A stretch of DNA of 21,008 nt, from positions 1,252,639 through 1,273,646 of the forward strand of contig CP070761.1 of the NCBI GenBank assembly GCA_020348985.1, in the 5' to 3' direction. Numbering within the stretch: position 1 is the first letter of the stretch; every line of letters begins with the position of its first letter. The position numbers and the translations under genes were made by a program. A model generated the notes under the pieces. The model saw nothing but the letters and a program-made list of their open reading frames with translations, did no database searches and was not told the DNA's origin. This stretch comes from Candidatus Thorarchaeota archaeon. Lineage in GTDB: Archaea; Asgardarchaeota; Thorarchaeia; Thorarchaeales; Thorarchaeaceae. Below are positions 16,578-21,008 of this stretch, in pieces.

Positions 16578-17345
16578 ATGGGAGCTGCTGAATTCAACAG
16601 GAAGCTGTACGAAGAACGACTGGAAGAAGACCCACCAGACTACCAGTTTGAGTTCTTCCGGGTCAAGCGATTGATGATGCTATCAATGATAGACAATGAA
16701 CCGGAGAAGATCCTCGAACTCGGTTGCGCAGGGGGCTGGCTTGGAGAGAAATTGAAGAGGAAGTTCAAAGCCGAGGTTCACGGAGTCGACATTTCTCCAA
16801 ATGCATTGAGATTGGCAGAGAATAGAGGGCTCATTGCAAAGGAGTTCGATCTCGATGGCAACAGATGGCCGTATGAAGACAATACGTTTGACGTTGTCAT
16901 CGCAGGTGACCTTCTCGAACATTTGTTTGACACGGAAACTGTAGTTGCGGAAGCCTACAGAGTCCTGAGGCAGGGAGGGCTCTTTATTGTCTCTGCGCCA
17001 AACATCAACTGTTACTACAATAGGCTGTGGGTACTCTTCGGTAAACTGCCCTATTGGATTGAGAGCGCTCCGAATCTCGTATTCGTGCCCCTGGCAAAGG
17101 ACTTCGGAGACACGTTCTTCAATCCCGGTCATATCAGAGTCTTCAACAAGGAGTCACTCACGAAGCTGCTTGAGCATTTCGAATTCGAAGTCGAACTGAT
17201 CAGAGGTGTGCCTCTGGGGTTCACAGAAGAGGAGACCCCGAAACGATTCAGATTCCTCCGCCGGATGGCACAGGGAGTTGAGAACTACTTCTCGCGGATA
17301 CCCACTCTCTCTTCACTAATCCTTGCAAAGGCTGTAAAAAGGTAG
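16578..17345 (+). CDS. Class I SAM-dependent methyltransferase (Methyltransf_11/23-like)
   Basis: ILELGCAGG motif I, GVDIS, FDVV...LEHL, RVLRQGG and HIRVFN. Confidence 0.92.
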   Translation: MGAAEFNRKLYEERLEEDPPDYQFEFFRVKRLMMLSMIDNEPEKILELGCAGGWLGEKLKRKFKAEVHGVDISPNALRLAENRGLIAKEFDLDGNRWPYEDNTFDVVIAGDLLEHLFDTETVVAEAYRVLRQGGLFIVSAPNINCYYNRLWVLFGKLPYWIESAPNLVFVPLAKDFGDTFFNPGHIRVFNKESLTKLLEHFEFEVELIRGVPLGFTEEETPKRFRFLRRMAQGVENYFSRIPTLSSLILAKAVKR

Positions 17346-17420
17346 TCGACGACTGCTACCAGAGTTCTCGATACAGGCTGAGCAGCGCCTTCGCTGACTA
17401 TTAAATTCTCAAACGATTAT

Positions 17421-17457
17421 GAAACAAAGAAGTAATGATGGCCGGATTGACCGGCCA
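17421..17457 (-). terminator. Hairpin plus T-rich tract downstream of the gcvH-like gene
   Basis: TGGCCGG-N5-CCGGCCA (17439-17457), followed on the - strand by TCATTACTTCTTTGTTTC. Confidence 0.55.
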
Positions 17458-17470
17458 CACGAGTCTTCGT

Positions 17471-17896
17471 CTAGGAGGGTTTCTTCTCGGCAATCTGAGC
17501 CTTGATCCAACCCTCTAGTCCAGCGGCGCCTTGAAGCTCTGCAGCATCGCCGTCGTAGTTCTCAGGTTCGACGACAGCTATCCAGCCTGCACCGAATGGA
17601 TCATCATTAAGAAGACCGGGGTTGTTCTTCAGCTCATCATTGACTTCTGCAAGTACGCCTGCAAATGGGGTCTTGATCGGACCAGTCCACTTGCCGCTTT
17701 CCATTGTTCCGATACTCTTGCCCGCCTTGACATCCTTGCCGGCGGGTCGAAGTCTAACGAACTTGATCTTACCAGCGAGGTCGGCGCCAAACGCAGTAAG
17801 GCCAATACGGACCTTGCCGTCCTCCTTCTTTACCCAGATCTGATCATCAGTATACAATAGGTCATCAGGAAAATCAAAGCCTTCCACTGTAACCAT
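17471..17896 (-). CDS. gcvH: Glycine cleavage H-like lipoyl-carrier protein (ESGKW type, LbpA-like)
   Basis: FPDDLLY...WV...RIGLT, MESGKW (lipoyl Lys), VNDEL..NPGLLNDDPFGAGWI. ATG 17896 has a GGTGA RBS upstream. Confidence 0.9.
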   Translation of the reverse strand: MVTVEGFDFPDDLLYTDDQIWVKKEDGKVRIGLTAFGADLAGKIKFVRLRPAGKDVKAGKSIGTMESGKWTGPIKTPFAGVLAEVNDELKNNPGLLNDDPFGAGWIAVVEPENYDGDAAELQGAAGLEGWIKAQIAEKKPS

Positions 17897-17964
17897 AACA
17901 GAGTCACCTGCGATGGGCAATGGCGGGTTCCTTAAGTCAGTTTCGGACCGAGGGTCAAAATCCA

Positions 17965-18183
17965 TTATAAACCGGCTTTTTCTGGTTCCGGTTCCGCATT
18001 GATTACGCGCATAGCTTTTTCGACATCGGCTGTCTCGAGCTCTGCAAAAACCGTCCCTGAATAGCCGCATCCTTCCTTTAGACAAGCATAGGACGGTGGC
18101 ACCTTCCATCCATTCTGAATATTCTTGGTCTCAGCTATCTCAGAGCTGAAACACTTGGGGCAGACTCTAATCCGCTTGGTCAC
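17965..18183 (-). CDS. Small zinc-finger/zinc-ribbon protein (72 aa)
   Basis: CPKC...CLKEGCGYSG. GGAGG RBS before the GTG start and a TATA-like TTTAATAG upstream on the - strand. Confidence 0.75.
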   Translation of the reverse strand: MTKRIRVCPKCFSSEIAETKNIQNGWKVPPSYACLKEGCGYSGTVFAELETADVEKAMRVINAEPEPEKAGL

Positions 18184-18277
18184 CTTCTATCCTCCCGGCA
18201 AAGGCAGCAGTTGGTACGACCAGCCACTATTAAAGTGATTGTTCCTCTTCGCGATTGAGCGCGTTGGTCGATTGGTG

Positions 18278-18302
18278 CTTATTACTGCTGAACAAAACAG
18301 TA
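18278..18302 (+). promoter_or_regulatory. TATA-like box overlapped by the palindrome TACTG-N10-CAGTA (candidate repressor operator)
   Basis: CTTATTAC 18278-18285, TACTG 18283-18287, CAGTA 18298-18302, ATG at 18310. Confidence 0.45.
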
Positions 18303-18309
18303 CTTTGGA

Positions 18310-19080
18310 ATGAAAGATTCGAGACCTCTGTTGAGACCAGGCTTCAGGACTGCGGACGAGGTCATTCGCCAGACCGCCAAGACCGGAACTCCCGAGCTAG
18401 ATGACCTACTTGGAGGCGGTCTGGAGTCAGGAATGACCCATCTTTTCTACGGCGACCGAGGTCTCCATGGCGACCTGCTCAAGACAGCGGTGCACTTCCA
18501 GCGCCCAAAGGAGGAAGGGGGGCTGCTCAGTCCAGCAATAGTTATCGACAGTGCGAATATGATTAAGATTGAGCAGATAAGCGACTACTCAGATGAGTTT
18601 GGGCTCGAGCCTGAGGAGGTCATGGACCAGATCTACATCTCGCGTGCCTTCAACTCTTCGCAGACATATGACCTAGTGATGAACCAGCTAGACAGCTTCT
18701 TCGACAAGATACCTGCCAGGATGTTGATAGTCTCAGGCCTGCCCGACTTGTATATGTCAGAGGGAGTGACCAGCGATGGACTGCAGGAACTCACTCACAT
18801 GGCCACGAGACTAATGACCTTCACTTTGAAGAGAGGCGTCTTCACATTGGTCTCTGCACCACGTTCTGAGAAGAGTCCCAAGCATCCAGCTGGGGGGAAG
18901 GCTCTCGCAAGTTGTGCACAGATACATGTCTTTGTGGAGGAGTCCAAGTCCTACTTCAAGTACACTTTGGCGAAACACCCTCAATATCCGGTGAGACGCT
19001 CTTCACGGGTGAAACCGGTGAGGTTCGGAACAACTCTTCCACTCTCTCACTTCCTCGGCAGGGAGGAGAAAGAGGAGTAG
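18310..19080 (+). CDS. RadA/Rad51-like paralogue lacking Walker A/B (inactive RecA fold)
   Basis: TGTPELDDLLGGGLESG.THLFYG, MDQIYISRAFNSSQ and PAGGKAL match the RadA core. The P-loop reads GDRGLHGD and Walker B reads LIVSG. No N-terminal HhH domain. Confidence 0.85.
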   Translation: MKDSRPLLRPGFRTADEVIRQTAKTGTPELDDLLGGGLESGMTHLFYGDRGLHGDLLKTAVHFQRPKEEGGLLSPAIVIDSANMIKIEQISDYSDEFGLEPEEVMDQIYISRAFNSSQTYDLVMNQLDSFFDKIPARMLIVSGLPDLYMSEGVTSDGLQELTHMATRLMTFTLKRGVFTLVSAPRSEKSPKHPAGGKALASCAQIHVFVEESKSYFKYTLAKHPQYPVRRSSRVKPVRFGTTLPLSHFLGREEKEE

Positions 19081-19092
19081 CAGGCCGCCACT

Positions 19093-21006
19093 CTATTCTC
19101 TATCTCCCAAGCTCTTCACGAGCTCTTCTACAAGATCACGAGGTAGCTCTCTGGCCTGTTCCATGATCGTCTCAATCTCGTGTGCGGGAACACCGCGACC
19201 TTCGAGGTCTTTTCTCAGCTCCTCGAGCTCGAACTGGCTCAATTTGTCTGAGGGAGTTGCTGCCTCTTCGAAGTCTCGGATTATCTCATCCGAGATGTCC
19301 TCTTCAGGTGGTCGCTCCACTTCTTCTTCTTCGGGCAGAAGAATGACTCTTTCCTCAACGGGGATAACTTCCAGACCAGTTATGTCTATGATCTCTTCGC
19401 CAGCCACGCGTCGAGAAGCCTCAGCTTGAATCTCCTCTAGAACCTCCTCGACGGTCTTGCCATCCCGTCGAGCCGCTCGAATGGCCTCCTGATTGATGAC
19501 TTCTTTCACGAATGCAGCTTGTTCGCTCGGGCGCATCTTGGATATGTCGGCCTTGAACTCATCTAGTTCCTCAGGACTCAGATGAGTGAGGATTGATAGC
19601 TGTATCAGAAGGTCACCAATTTCTGGAACCTCTACAGGAACTGACTCTTCCGGCATCTGTGCTGCGACTCTTGTGACTTCAATCTCAAGTCCCTGATACG
19701 TATCGTTGAACAGCTCTGCGAGGAGTTCTTGTCTAGTCTTTGCTTCAGTGATGGGTTTGGGCACTCTTCCCTTTCGGAGGGCACTAATCTGACCATTGAT
19801 CTGCCTGAGCCTCTTCGGTATGCTAAAGTAACGAGTCCAAGAAACTATCAGGATTATAGCAATAAAGAGCGCAGGAGTCCCAAATGAGATTATGTTTCCA
19901 GTGAGTGTCTGCTGTTCAGTTGGATATATGTTGATTCTTAGTTCCAGTACTTGGGTTTCATAGTCTGATCGCTCTATGATCAAGTCAACTCGAACTACCT
20001 CTTGGTCAAGTCCAACGGGAATTAGTGGCGCCGCAACAAGTATTTTGATTTTATATACGCCGGCCTCTTCTGTTGGTCCTATCTCAAGAATCTGGACGAT
20101 GACTTCTTCACGCTCGTAGCTTAAGTTCGCACCAGTAATGGGATTGCCGCGTGTCGTTATCCAATCCTCTGTGTATCTGACATAAACATCCAGCACTTGA
20201 CCGTAGGTAATGTTCATCTCACCATTGATTACATAGCTGGTTCTAAATTCGAAATTCGTTGGCCTTTCGATTATAGTCACTAGAATCGAAAGATCCGATT
20301 GAGTTTCGTGATTAAGTAGTGAGAACTCTGCTCGAAGTGTGAAGGGCGCCTGAGGTAGAGCTCTAGGATCGTTTCCGTATATCTCGAAGAGCCATCCCGC
20401 TGTAGAATCAAATACGAAGGAGTACGTACCATTGCCTAGGTCCAGAATCTCAAACTCTGTGCTGGTTGAGATGCCACCCCCGTATATTGACGTCTCTAGA
20501 GTGGCACCAGACAACCCTCCGACATAACCGCTGGTCAAATCAGCATTGATGGTTGGATCGACGCCGTAATAGAACAGGATTGAGATTGTGTCACCAAATG
20601 GCACAATCAGTTCGTCTATTTCATTATCAACCTGGTTTGCGGCGGGAGTAATCAGCTGAAGCTCCGTTGCGACTTCGTCAACCTTCAACGAGATGCCACC
20701 ACTGCTAACCTCGTAATTGTCCTTGTCAAAGAAGATCGTCACAGGATGTCGTAGTCCTGGCGTCAAGTACGCCGTGTCTACCATGACGACGTAAGTGCCA
20801 TTTCCAAGATCTATGGCGGGTCCAGAGAAATTACCCCAATTGAAAGTTGCAGAGGCATTCGACACACCTTCATTGAAGTACGTGTCATTGTACGTGAAAC
20901 TGATGTTTCCTGCCCATCCCCAATATACTGTCTCTGCTATTGGACTTACGACTTCGGTTCTAATCTTGGTAATAGTAATCGTCAAGGTCACTACATCTTG
21001 TGCAAG
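19093..21006 (-). CDS. Large single-pass membrane/surface protein, 5'-truncated by the window edge
   Basis: The frame stays open past the track start to the edge (..LAQDVVTLT). Beta-rich repeats with DLGNGTY twice and many NxS/T sequons, a TM segment (FGTPALFIAIILIVSW) and an acidic cytoplasmic tail of about 245 aa. Confidence 0.88.
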   Translation of the reverse strand, partial: LAQDVVTLTITITKIRTEVVSPIAETVYWGWAGNISFTYNDTYFNEGVSNASATFNWGNFSGPAIDLGNGTYVVMVDTAYLTPGLRHPVTIFFDKDNYEVSSGGISLKVDEVATELQLITPAANQVDNEIDELIVPFGDTISILFYYGVDPTINADLTSGYVGGLSGATLETSIYGGGISTSTEFEILDLGNGTYSFVFDSTAGWLFEIYGNDPRALPQAPFTLRAEFSLLNHETQSDLSILVTIIERPTNFEFRTSYVINGEMNITYGQVLDVYVRYTEDWITTRGNPITGANLSYEREEVIVQILEIGPTEEAGVYKIKILVAAPLIPVGLDQEVVRVDLIIERSDYETQVLELRINIYPTEQQTLTGNIISFGTPALFIAIILIVSWTRYFSIPKRLRQINGQISALRKGRVPKPITEAKTRQELLAELFNDTYQGLEIEVTRVAAQMPEESVPVEVPEIGDLLIQLSILTHLSPEELDEFKADISKMRPSEQAAFVKEVINQEAIRAARRDGKTVEEVLEEIQAEASRRVAGEEIIDITGLEVIPVEERVILLPEEEEVERPPEEDISDEIIRDFEEAATPSDKLSQFELEELRKDLEGRGVPAHEIETIMEQARELPRDLVEELVKSLGDRE

Positions 21007-21008
21007 AT

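Noticed and set aside
1-21008. CRISPR arrays, tRNA/rRNA, IS elements, integrases, defence systems, global TAG recoding
   Set aside because: I saw no regularly spaced DNA repeats, cloverleaf or rRNA-like sequence, or transposase/integrase motifs by eye. TAG ends many genes at their expected family C-termini.

Overview
Gene-dense archaeal window. An Asgard archaeon, probably Thorarchaeia, is inferred from TATA-type leaderless promoters, HdrABC, Cdc6/RadA paralogues and a giant single-pass surface protein; no marker gene is present to prove this. From left to right: a truncated hypothetical gene (-); an ABC-2 exporter pair; a membrane protein with a winged-helix regulator; a DUF998-like membrane protein; malic enzyme; an hdrA(mvhD-fused)-hdrC-hdrB operon (-); an M28-like protein with Ca-binding DxDxDG repeats (-); an HdrD/GlpC-like Fe-S protein with a GlcD/Dld-like FAD oxidoreductase; a Cdc6/Orc1 paralogue; a SAM methyltransferase; a GcvH/LbpA-like lipoyl carrier; a small zinc-finger protein; a RadA-like paralogue; and the 3' part of a large membrane-anchored protein (-). 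Four things stand out. (1) A 53-bp gap-free promoter module (palindrome GTTTG-N5-CAAAC, a 15-bp box, then TATA) occurs twice, on either side of the regulator. (2) HdrA-MvhD carries a histone-H1-like Lys/Ala/Pro tail. (3) Three apparent pseudo-enzymes are present: a Cdc6/Orc with all ATPase motifs substituted, a RadA paralogue with no Walker motifs but an FxxA motif, a PIP-like box and an SOS-box-like palindrome, and an M28 domain lacking Zn ligands. (4) A hydrogenase-free Hdr/hydroxy-acid dehydrogenase/malic enzyme/lipoyl-carrier neighbourhood. I saw no rRNA, tRNA, CRISPR array or mobile element.
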